Of a stretch of DNA of 64,000 nucleotides, positions 34,901-46,900 are shown piece after piece. The first letter of the stretch is position 1, and the number at the start of each line of letters is the position of its first letter. The stretch lies in NCBI GenBank assembly GCA_028534125.1, contig CM052838.1:65596001-65660000 (forward strand), in the 5' to 3' direction. The notes beneath the pieces are model-generated. The model was not told the DNA's origin, searched no databases, and saw nothing but the letters and a program-made list of their open reading frames with translations. The position numbers were made by a program, and so were the translations under genes. The stretch comes from Lama glama (lineage: Eukaryota).

Positions 34901-37900
34901 GCCGCATTGCCTTGGCTTCAGACCCGTGCATCCCATCAGGAGAGCTGTAACTAACTTCATGCTCGTCCCGAGGGTGACGAGCATGCGCCAGGTGGAGACA
35001 CCGCGTGCGCCAGGTGGAGCCTTCCTGTGCTGTGCTCACATCCCCCTGTGTCCGTGTCCAGATGCCGTTGCGCCCAGCCACCACGACCTGGCGGCCGGAA
35101 CAGCAGACGTCGTTTCCACAGTCTGGAGGCCAAAGCCCGCGGCCGGGTGTCGGGGCCGCGCTCCCCCGAGACGCTCCGGGGAGGCTCCTTCCTGTGTCGG
35201 CAGCTCCGGTGGCCCCGACGTCCCTGGTCTGTGGCCGCGCTCTGCAGTCTCTGCCCTGTCGCCGGGTGGCTGCTCTCTGCTTCTCTGTGTGCACTTTTTT
35301 CTTACAAGTCACCAGCCCTCGGACTCAGGGCCCCCAAATCCAGGATGTGCTCCTCTCGAGAACCCTAACTAATTACACCTGCAGAGACCGCCCTTCAAAG
35401 TAAGGTCACCGGCTGAGTCAGGGGGCACCCTGGGGGCACCCTCCAGCCCGCAGCAGCGCCGGGCGCCAGAGAGACGTTTCTTCCCACCACTTGTGAGGGT
35501 GAGACTAACGCATAAAGCATCTCTGTGGGAGAAGCTCGCCCTGAAGACAAACGCAGCCAGGAAAGCCCGGTGTCTCGTGTTGGCAATTCGTTTCAGCAGC
35601 TCTCGTCGAGCTGCCTGTCGAGTTCTTGAATCGCAGAACACCCTGTAAGCACCTCCTTTGGAAAACCAGAATTTGCTAGTTGGCAGCGCACAGCTCTTTG
35701 AAATAGTTTCTAACTGTAAAAGCAACTTGAGAAAGTTTGTGGAAACCAGAGAAAATTTCTCCCGATCTTCCTGACAGGCCGTTAGGCGGAGTGGGCCGCG
35801 GGCAAGGCCTGGAGAGGCCGGTCGCGGCGTAGAAGGGTGGGCAGGGGCGCCCGGGCGCAGGCCTGAGGCCAGCGAGCAGGTGGGGGGACGGGGCTCCCAG
35901 AGCGGCGTCCCTGGCCTCAGGCTCCCGCTGCTTTGCCCCTGATGTGCGCGTTGAGTGGAGAGGATGCATTGTGTGGGCTGCCGCGTCCGCTACGCAGTGT
36001 GGCCCCGCTGCTGCAGCCCGCGTGGGCGGCCCTCCCGGCTGGGACGTGGCTGCTTGGGGAACCAGGCTCATGCTCCAAGCGGGACCAGGTCATCTCAGCG
36101 CCAAGCCTCAGGTTGCCCCAGGTGTCAGATCCCGTGGGTGCACACCTGAGACGCCGTGATGCTGGCATGGCCTCCAGCGGGACCACAATGTTTTGGGGAC
36201 ACTTGGGGGCCGTGGTGGAACCTGTGGGTTTTGGCCTCGTTTTCCTCGCACGGAGGAGCACTGGGGAGAGAGAAGCCGTGGTCTGTGTCCAGTGTCCTCC
36301 CCGGCTCGGCCGTGTGGCCCATGTCCACAGGGGCCCCAGGGCTTGCATGCTCTGATGTTGAGTCTGATGTGCTGTGTTTCTTTGCTGTTTGTCCAGTGGG
36401 ACTTCTCTGCCATCTGCTGCAGGGCCAGGGTTGGCAGCAGGACTGGGGTGGGCGCAGCGGTGGCCCTGGACGCCGGGCCGTCTGCGCTTGTCTGCTCTTC
36501 TGTCCCAGCTCCCAGGAACGTAGAGAGCAGTGTGAGAACAAGGCTGCCAAGGTATCCCACGGCTCCCGACGCGTCCTCGGAAGCCTTTGCCTTTTACAGG
36601 AGAGCCGGCCATGACGTCGAAGGCCAGCCGGGGCCAACGGGACGCATCTGGGGGCTGGCCCTCTGGGGAGCACGGCCTGGCCTGGCACCATGGGACCTGC
36701 AGGTGGCTCAGGGGTGGTCTGGGGCATCGCTAGGCTGGCAGACGTCCCTGGGCGGGTGCTGGGATGCAGACAAGGTTTCTCTGCCCCACGCCGGCCATGG
36801 CTCGAGTGCTGGCTGTTCCCAGCTGTGCCAAGGAGGCACGGGGGGCCATGCCCTCTCCTTCCAGACAACACAGCACAGGAAGAGCACGGGTTTGGGAGAA
36901 ACACACCAAGGCTTGACCCCAGGGCCCTGGCCTGGCACCACCCCATCCCCAGGTGGGCAGGCCACCCTCAGCCACGACCCTCTTGTGTTAGAGCCTACAG
37001 GCCGGCCCTGGGGCAGGAAAGGGCCGACTTGTATTCCTGGGGTGGCCTGTGCTCTCAGCCATGGTCTTCCCACAGATGGTGTCCAGGTGGCCCACGGTCA
37101 GTGCAGCAGGTGACCGTGAGCGTCCCAGGCGGCCCTGCAGCTGTACAGGGCACAAAGGTCTCTCCTGGAAGCCTTGTGGTTACTTTGTCTGCAGGGGCAG
37201 CACCTGCCGCTTGAGGAGGAAAGTCGGGGTCACCCTCCCTCATGGCCCAAGGAGAAGCTGGCTTGTCTGGGCTTTGGTTTTTGTGGTGGGCGCCCCTCCC
37301 CCAAGAGCGGCAGGTTCATCCCCCCACTGGGGGCCGCTGTCCTGGGGTGCAGTGGGCAGGGCTCCACGGGGGGCCTCTGGGGAAGGTGGGGCTGCTTGTC
37401 CTTTGTGGTAAGGGAGGGCTCCAGGGTCCTGGAGCCTCACCTGGCGCCAGACCAGGGAAGTGTGCTTGTGAGAGGCTGCCCACCCCCACCCCCTCCCTGG
37501 AATCTGAATTCCATGCTCCAGATGCAAATGGATACAGATGTGCTCTCGGAGCAGAACGGAAAAGATGGTTCTGCGATCAAATGTGTCAGTGCTTAGGCCG
37601 TAATTAAAACATACGCAAATTAAACTCGATTATCATGCGCCACCTAATGGGCCATGCGTCCTGAACTAATTAATACGCAGCCTCGGCTCAGCCCTGCTGG
37701 CGGGACTGCTCGGAGGGTGTTATGCCGTGCGTGGTGGAACCGGCAGCTGGGCGCTCAGCTGGCCAGTGACAAAGAGTGACAGCAGTGCCAGGCGCTGCCG
37801 TCTCCGCGAGGCCGGGCCGCGCGCCCACCTGCCGTCCGTCACCGCTGACAGCAGCTGTGATGGATGCGTTGTTGGAGGCCGGCTGCTGTTTTTAAACTGG

Positions 37901-40900
37901 CTGCTGGTTACTGACAGGTACACGTTCAGGTGCTAGCTGAGCCCCTGGGAACGGACGGGTCCCGTGAGGACCCTGACTTCTCCGAGGCAGCAGTCGTCGG
38001 CCAGGACGCTCGCAATCATGGGGTGGGGGCCGCAACAGCCGCGGTCCCAGCACCGCCCACACCTGCCTTGAAAGAGGATGGCAGAACCCCCACAGGGCGT
38101 GCCCCGCACAGCAGTGCCACGAGGGAGACCTCGGCCAGGCTGCCTGGCGGCCTCGTCCCCTGTCCCAGCACGCAGACGTTTCTGCCACCCAGCCGCTTCT
38201 CTGGCTGCACCCGCATCCTGGAGAGGCCGCCCCCCCCCCCCCGCCAAGCCAGGATGCGCATTGCCCGTGCCGGCCCCTGGGAAGCCCATGAGAACCTGGA
38301 AGGCCACTGGGCGGGTGCTGAGTGCAACAAAGGGCTGCTTTATGTCTGGTTCCCGCTACCTCCGGGAACCAAACCCCAGTCGTGCCTCCACACCCCAGGC
38401 CCTGTAGCCCTGGGACACGGTGGGTGAGGCCGGCCAGAGTCAGTGGGAGCTGTCAGCGCTCGTTGGGGGCACTGTGGGTGGGTGACGGCTGCGTGGCGGG
38501 CGCCATGGGTGTGACTGTGCCTGTCCTTGGTCGGCGGTGTGCCCTTCGGCCCCAGCCCCCCAGCAGCCCCCATGAGTCGGTATTGTTGCCGGGGGGGAGG
38601 GTCAGAGCCAGGGCGGGGCAAGGAGCTCGGGCAGTTTGCCGTCTGCGAGACAGGTGCCAGGTGCCGCCCGCTCGCGTGAACCCTGGAGGAAGCCTGGTCT
38701 GAGGACGCCCCTGCAGACCTCCGGTGTGACTCTGAAGTGGTGGAGATCCCGGTGTGCACGGCCCCCTCCTCTGCCAACGTCGGCAAACCTCACAGGCTTG
38801 AAGTGTGTTCTGAGTCGGAAGCCACAGTAGACGGGCCCGTCCTGGCTGCTGCTGGCCACCTCCGTAGCCACGGTGGCCTCCCTCCCTCTCCGGACGTCCT
38901 CTTCTGACCGTCGGCTCCTGAAACTAACTGCCTGGCGGGCGAGATGGAGTTGCGGGAGGGCTGGGGGGAGGCGCGCCAGCCAAACGGTCCTTCCCGGCGT
39001 CCTCGCTGGGCCTTTCACGGCAGCCTTGCTCTCGAAGGCCGCGTTGTTCGCCTAAATCGCTGCGTTCACTTCTCAGCGGCTGAGATGAGAAAGGACCTTT
39101 CTCTGTCTGTTTTGACACAGAGCCTCACGACGTCACAGGAAGGGGGACCGTGATGTTTGCGTGATGACGGCTCTGGGGTTCTGTTCAGGGTGTTGTCTTC
39201 CAGGAAGTTCACTCTGCGGACGTTGGCCAGTGTCTTCAAATGGTGGACTGACGGCAAAATAACTGTTCCCGGGATCATAAAAGAAAAAACAGGAACCCCA
39301 GAAGCGTCCGCAGCCTGCCCCCGCCCGTCCCTGGTGCAGCAGTAGCTTTCCGCCTGCCTGCCTCGGGGTCCGCACAGCCCCCCGGGGACGTCAGGACGTG
39401 GGGAGGCACCTTCTATGCCAGGCAGGTGGATGGGCGCTCCAAGGCCACGGTGGCGCCCCCTTGTACTCGCCCCTCACGGGCTCCTCCGCTCAGCTCAGAG
39501 AGTGGCCCGGACCCTGGCAGTCCCTGGAAGGAGGTGATGAGGGCGAGTCCTGCTCTCCCTCCTGCCCGTCCCCTGCTGCCCAGCGGATCTGACCTTGATG
39601 TGTCCAGAGAAGGCTGGGGACGTCCTCAAGAGGCCAGACCAGGAGTGTGGCAGGTCCCCAGCCGGATCTGCCGTGGGCAGGGATCCCCAGTGGCACTGCC
39701 AGTCCTGGGGAGCCATCCAGACACCTGCTGGACACAAACCTGAGATAGAGCCTGCACCGCTTCCTTCTGGAAAAATTGGTGGCGCTCTCCTGGCCCAAGA
39801 GCTGGAATCAGCATTGGGTTTGCCCCTGGGCCGCACGCGGGCGCTGTCACCCCTCCAGGCGGGGAGGGTGTTGGCAGAGCCGACCTGGAGGAAATGAAAG
39901 GGGCTTTATGGCACGTTGTTGCCCTGATGAGCAGTTGACAGTGTGGAACAAAGAGGACCCAGGTGCCTCGACACTGACACAGCCCTCATGACAGCGCCTC
40001 TCAGTGACTGGCTGCCTGCCCTGCCGCCGCACAGCCCCCAGGGATGTCAGCGCCTTCGGGCCTCCAGGTCGTGGACTCAGCCCTCGAGAGATGTGCCCCT
40101 CCCAGCCCAGGCGTTTGCCAGGGAGATCTTAGAGAAAGAAGTCAGAGTAAACGAATTGGTGGGATTTGGGGGGCGGCTCCCACCAGAGGGACAATGACCC
40201 CACAGTGCTTCCAGTGAAAACCCGATGTGGCCACACCTCTGCTCGGCCCTCCAATCCTCGGGCCCCATCCAGGATGGCCCTTCTTTGAGTCAGGCAGGCC
40301 ACCCTGAAAACCAAGGAAGTTGCCACCATGATGGGGCCCCCTGAAGGCGGGGTCGGCAGCCACAGCCCAGCCACCGGCCACAGACCACAGACGGCTCCCA
40401 CGAACGTGGTGACCTCCTGGCCCGTCGGCCACAGGAGGGGCCGTGAGGCTGTGTGAGGGCCAGGCAGGCCAGGGCTCTGGCTTCCCAAGAGCTGTGTGCG
40501 TGTCATATGTGTGGTGCACACGTGTGTGCACGTGTACAGAGGGAAAGGAGGCTGGCCAGAGCTCATCCGTGACCACGTGTCCTGTGCTGGGTCAGGGGCA
40601 CCTGTGTTGTCCCCACGGTAAGTGCAGACCTGCATCCCGAGCACTGCAGGGTGGCTGAGAGATGCGCACCTGTCTGCCCAGTGCTTACTTTTGGGGTGTG
40701 TCCACCCCGAAGGGGAAGGCGTCAGAGAGTCCCCCGAGGCTTCCCTCTGAGCACTTTCCCTTGGGTCTGTGAGTTGCCTGTGACCAAGGCAGGTTTTGAG
40801 GCCCCGTCTCCCCTTTAGGGTGTCAGCGAACTGAAAACTCCTGTCCTGCACCTGTTCTGACACTGGGAGGACTTGAAATGACGTCTGTAGGTGCTGGTGA

Positions 40901-43900
40901 CCAAGGAACAGTCCGTCCCTCAGGACCGGTGACGCTTACCTGTTGTTCCTGGATGTCGGGGCGCTGGCTGGCTGCCTGCCTGTCTGTCGGGATTTGGTGT
41001 TCTAATTCCCTGTGCACACCCGGCGCTAACCCTGTGGTGCGCGCGTGCCGATCCGGACGGGGCCCCGCAGCGTTCTGAGACTCCGCGAGGCGGGTCAGGC
41101 GGTGGGGCGTGGAGACTTGGTTCTCCTTCCAGGGCGAAGGGTTTTGTGGGGTCCGACTCAGCAGGGCAGTGACCTGTGCTGACATTCAGCGTTACTGCAA
41201 GACTGTCTGTAGCACAGAAGGTCAGGTTTATCCTCCGGGTGGGTTCTGTGTTCTAGAGTCACTTGAAAAATCTAAATGTGAAAAGTAACGGTTTTCCATT
41301 AACTTGTTTTGAAGAAAACCTGTGTAAAGAACTCGGGTGTCCGTCTCCGAACCGTGCCTCAGGGTTTCTTCCCTGCTCCTCTCTGCAATCTGTGCCGCAT
41401 GACAATGTTGGTGGAACTGTTATTTGTATGATTTTTAACTTTTAAATGTTTTGTGGCTAGAATTTAACAAAAAAACAACAGGATGGCCGAATCACGGGAC
41501 AGCGGTGACTTCCTCCTGACACCCTTTGGTGGGCTAGGTTTTTGGCAAAGAGCTTTCCGCGGGGTCTGCCCAGTGCGCCTCGCGGCCCTCGCTGCTGAGG
41601 ACCAGGCGTCTGTGACCCAGAAGTGATTTCCGGGTGGGAGACCCCAAGAGCCCAGCCAGGTGGCGCTCCACGCCGAGCTCCTGCTGGACACACGGCGCAG
41701 AGACCCCAGAGTGTCCGTGAGAGGGAGGGAAGCAGGCGCACCAAGAGGAAGGAGGGGCTGGCTGGAGGACGACTTGCTTTCACCTAGGAGCTGCAGTGAC
41801 CCCAGGGACGGCTTCTGTCCCCAGAGCACAACCCCCCTGTGCAGAGGATGTGACACTGAGCATGCCGCTGGGCCTGCGTGCACTGGGTCTCCAGCCCTGC
41901 TCCCGGGAGGTGAGGGCACCCTGCTGCCATCAGATGGGTAGACGCAGTCAGTGGGGCGGCCACTTGGTTACCCCTTCTGGTTCCCGGCAGCTGCACCCAA
42001 AGCCAAGTCCCGTGGAGCGGCAGGGCTGAGGGCCACCCAGGCGGGCCAGGCATGCAGAGGCCGCGACCCCCGGCGGCACAGGCGAGTCCTCGCCGCCCAG
42101 CCCGCTCTGGTGCGAGCGAAAGGGGGTGGATGAGCCCCGACCGAGCCCTGAGGTGTTTCTGGCCTCACTGCTCCGACCGGAACACGGCCAACAGCAGCTG
42201 CCACCTCTCCTCCCTGCGGCCCCCAGGCCGGGCTTTGCGGTCCCTCAGTTGTCACTGTTTCTTGGTTGGATCTTGGGACGGAGGCACAGATATCACATGT
42301 GGGGGTCCTGAGATGTGAGCGCTGCCTGCAGAGGGCCAGCGGGGCCTCCCGACGGTGGAGCCACACACACGTCACCTGCGTGAGACTCCAGGACGCACCC
42401 GAGGGCCCCGCGCCACAGAAGGGCCCCGCGGCCCCGCCTGGGCTCTCCTCACAGGCACGTGCGCCCCGCCCGTCTTGAGGCCCGTGAAGACGTTACTTCT
42501 TTTCCAGGCCTTTCCTTTCAGCTTCTCTGGAGTCCGTCCTCCGAGCGTGCTTGTGGCTGAGAGAGCCCAGCGGCCACGGCCAGTCGCGCCTTTGTGCCCC
42601 GGCTTTGTTTCCGATTTCACGCTATCAGAGGCCCGCATGTTCTCCCAAGGGAAGCTGTCAGGGTGAAAGCGCGAGCGCGGAGGGCGGGGTGCCCCTGGAG
42701 CCCACCCACCCGCCGACCTCAGCCCCAGCGGGGGCCCCTGCGCCCGAGGGTGGGAAGTGCTTTCTTGCAGACGGGCTGATTCTTCTCGGTGTGAGAACAG
42801 CTGGAGCGGGACCAGCTCCCGCCACCGGCAGTGGCCCCACCGCCCAGGTGTGGCCGCCTGGAGCCCTGGTGTGGCCATGGGACGCCAGGCGAGGTGAGGG
42901 CACCCCCGGCTGCCCGGCTCAGCGCTGCTTCTGGAGCACTGGCCCTGTGGGGGGCAGAGGGAGTCCTGCCATCGGCCCCACTCGGGGAAGAAGCCCAGCG
43001 CGCAGAGGCCGCCGAGTCCGGCGGGACACAGTGTGCAGCGCGCCTCACGGCAGTGGCGGGGGGGCCGACCTTGCCCGCAGGGGCGGCTGGCCCAGGGTGT
43101 CCAAGTAGAGGACGGACGCCCGCCGGAGACTGGCGGCTTCACAGCCCGGGAAGCGGCTGCACTTGGTTTTCTTTTGATTTGACTTTAAAGAGTTAACCCC
43201 GCCCCTAAAGTCTTAACCCACAAGCCGAGTGGTCAGAGCAGTAGACAGAGGACCCCGTATACGTGCCGGCTGGCCACCTACGCCCTTCACGGGCAGCGGC
43301 CTCGTCACGGGCAGGTGAGCACGGGCCAGGAGAACGCCAGACCTCGGTGGGGCTGGACGCCCTCGGCCCCACTCGGCCCGGTTGCTGTGGGCTCGTTCGT
43401 GATGCGCACTTCTCCGGGGGTGTCCAGGCAGAAATGGGGGCCCCCGTGTCCTGCCCTACAAGAGGTCTCAGGGCAAAAAAAAAAACAGAGAAGCCCATTC
43501 TCCTGGCTAAGAAAATGCTGGAAGTTCCCCCAATGCCTGCCTGCAGAGCATCTAAACCTGGGGGCCAGACTGGCTCTGTGGTTCGTTTTGATTTTGTTCA
43601 GACATCCTTGCTCCACCTGGAGGGAAGGCAGCGCAGAAGGCTCTGAGAGGCCCAGTGGGAGCGAGCGGGGGCCCCCCTGTGCCTTGAAACAGCCTGCAGA
43701 TATCTGGCCGGCTGTTTCCCTTCGCAGACCGAGCTCAGGACGAAGCCTCGCCCCACACTTTGTGCAGCCCTGATGAGTGACTGGGCCCCAGACGATGGCC
43801 TGCTCGCCCCTCCCAAGGCCCCTCCCCAGGGCACAGATCCGGGTAGGGGGAGCTGGAGCCTGAGGGGCCGAGACCAGGAGGCTCGGGGAGGGGCAGCCTC

Positions 43901-46900
43901 TCCCAGCACCTTGGACTCGGGTCACCTGGCCGCGCCCACCTGTCCCTCTGGAGCAGGAGCTTCCAGAAGGCCGAGACGTGCGGCCCGTCGCTGAGAACGT
44001 GCCAGGCCCGGGCTGCGGTTGCGGGAAGGATGTCGATGGCTTCTCCCACACCCAGTCTGCGCCAGAAACACCAGCCACCGCCAGGATGGCTGGGAGGTGG
44101 AGGTGTCCCTGCTGCCCAGAAAGTGTGCATCCCAGCAGGTGGCCCCCGACGCTCCTGACTGCCCCTCCCGCAGCCCCGGGGCCCTAGCGTCCTGGGCTCA
44201 CCCCCTCGCACCGACTCCCTCTGTGGGATCTGACTCCGCCGTGGGCCCGCGGACTGCGTCGGAGCTGCACGCTCACCCGTGGGCACTCCTGACTCCAGGT
44301 GGGGAGACCAAACGGGGTGCCCAGCCCACACGGGGCTCTGCGGCAGGAGCCAGCTGTTTGTGTCATTCCTGATGGGCGTCTAGTACGTACATCGCTTCCT
44401 CTGTGTTCTCGGGCGGAGAAGAGGCAACGTGGACGTGTGTTCTGATTCTCTCTGCCCCTGGGCCCCCTGGGTGGGCCTGTACCGATGGACGCCCCCGTTC
44501 TGTCCTGGCTGCCCAGGACAGATGCCTCCCCCCAGCTCTTGCCACACCCCATGGCCCACCTGCCATTCCCTTCCCTCCCGCCTGAGCAGGTGCCCCCACC
44601 GCCCCGGCTCCCCTCAGGCCCTCTCCCCACCTCCCACACTGCCACTCACCTTTGCCCGGCTGGGCCCTCCCCCTGGACCCCCGCGGGCCTGCTCCTCCTC
44701 CAGGAAGGTCCCTTATGGTCACCATCGTCTCACCAGTTACCCCCGACACCCTGGCTCCCGGCATGCAGACACTGCCGCCCGGCACACAGGGGACGCCCTG
44801 GACGCCAGGCGCAGCAGTTCTCGCCTGGCCCCAGCCTATGCTTGGTCCTTTGGAAATTTGGGGTCAGCTGGGGCTCCTGGGGACCCTTTCCTCTGAGCCC
44901 AGCATGCTGGGTGCAGACGGAGACAAGTGTCTGAAATCAGAACCACAGCTGGGTCTGAAGCCTGTGGGCCATCGGCAAATGCGAACCAGTTGCTCTTTTT
45001 TAACACCTGTGGCCTCTTCAAGCGGATGGCCAGGCAGCAGCACCACAGCCCTTACCGCTGTTTAGAGACAAACGTCGCAAGGAGACTTCTGAGGGGCCTT
45101 TTACCACTGCAGATCAGAACTTACTACACGAAACTTGCGAACGTACTTTTGGAAAGAAGCGTCTTGTCCCAGCTCTGACACCCACGCCTCCGCCCAGTCA
45201 GGCGTTGCTCAGCGCTTGCAGACCCAGGAGATGCAGGCTCGGGACCTTCCCGGCCTGGCTGGCCAGGGGCTGGTTTCACCTCGGGCTGTGGGGCTGTGTC
45301 CGCAGGGGTCAGGGCTGGGTGGTCTGCTCCTCCCCCAAGGGCCGGATGCAGGGCTCCTCTGTCTGGCAGGGTGCAGAGGGTTCTGGAGGGCTGCACACAG
45401 CGGGTTCCCGGTGGGACCCCAGGGGCTCTGCCTCCACTAAGATTTGGAACCTGGTGCAGTCGGGGCACAGCAGGGCCGGCAGCTCCCAGAGGGGCAGGGC
45501 CAGCTGTACAGGTGCCCCGACCACCAGTGGTTTTGTACAAGTGGAGCAGCTGTCAAACCGCCCTTCTGGGCTGACGCTGGCGCCCAGGGCCTGTGGGCGC
45601 CCGTCCGGCAGCCTTGGTACCCGCGCAGCAGGTGTCTTCCCACGGCAGCGGCCGCTCCCTTAAGTTCCAAGCAAAACACCAGGCGCCCCAGGTACCAGTG
45701 GAGACCGTGCTGGGCCGCCTTGCCCCGCGACCTTCACGTGGCTGCTAATAATGAAGTAATCCTATATGGGTCTTTAAAAACAGCAGTTTGGGAATTTTTT
45801 TTCTCCTTTCAAAAGAGAAAATGCCTCTGTAAGTGGGTGAGCCAGAAAAGCCTGGCCTGGGGCTTTCTGCATGAGTGGTCACGGCTGCAGATTGAAAGGC
45901 CAGGGGAGAGGCCTGAATGCCCGGCCTGGGAGTCTTTAAAACCCGGTAAATGAGGTGGCTCCTGGCGGGTGTGGGAGAAAGGGCCCGGAGAGCCCGAGGC
46001 ACGCGGAGGCCCCTCTGTGGGGCCGGGCTGGTCAGATGTGTATCCTTTGGGAGCGCGCCTGAAGTGTCGAGATAAAGCAATTTTTTAAGAAGTTTCCAGC
46101 AGACGCCTTTGGGAGAGACAGAGAATTTCCTGAATCGGGTCCTGGGGAGGCTACGAGGCCGTCTGCCTGCCAAGCCCTCCGCATTCACCAGCGCTTAAGC
46201 CACTTAAGCGCATTAGCATCTGGATGGCGGCAGCTTCTGGCCGAGGGCTGGGCAGGGTGGCCGCTCTGGGCTGGATTGTCCCCTGCTTGTTCTAATCCGC
46301 GCCACTTGAAGGCGGCCAGACTGATTTGTGACACATGAGTCCAAAAGCCACTTTGAGGGTCTTGACCTGATTAGCTGTCTGTGCTCTGAATGTCAATGCC
46401 TGCTGCAGTGCGTGTTGGGGACCGCGGCCCCCTGCCCGCGCTGGGCCACACGGCCGGGAGGGGCCCTGGTCCCGCTGCCCGCTGACGCGGGGCCCTGAGT
46501 CTCCAGGCTCCCCATGAAGTGTGGCCTCATGAGGGCTCAGCAGAGGAAACTTTTTTCAAAAGTCAAAATCAGCTCCGTTGCCCTGGTCTTTTGCTTTTAT
46601 AAAATTCTCTAAGCCTTTCTGGGAACACAGCTCTCATGATGTATGACTTGCACCCAAACCGGATCCAGTTGTGACCGCTGGTCCCGCCCGGCCGGGCCGG
46701 CAGCCCAGGCTCCACTTTCTGCCCCGGGCCTACCCTCTCGGGACCAGAAGCGTGTGGGCCGCTCCCCCACATCCTCGCAGCGCGTCTCGTGAACGAGGGG
46801 GTCTCTCGGCCTAGGTGGGGCTCTACTCTCTCTCCGTGGCTCGGCGTGGCCTCAGCGCAGCCCTGTGGTGCCCAGCCGGCCCGTCCTGCGGCCCCTCCCT

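Noticed and set aside
45316-45324. Perfect GLI site TGGGTGGTC
   Set aside because: About one such 9-mer is expected by chance in 64 kb of GC-rich DNA, and it is not within an enhancer-like island.
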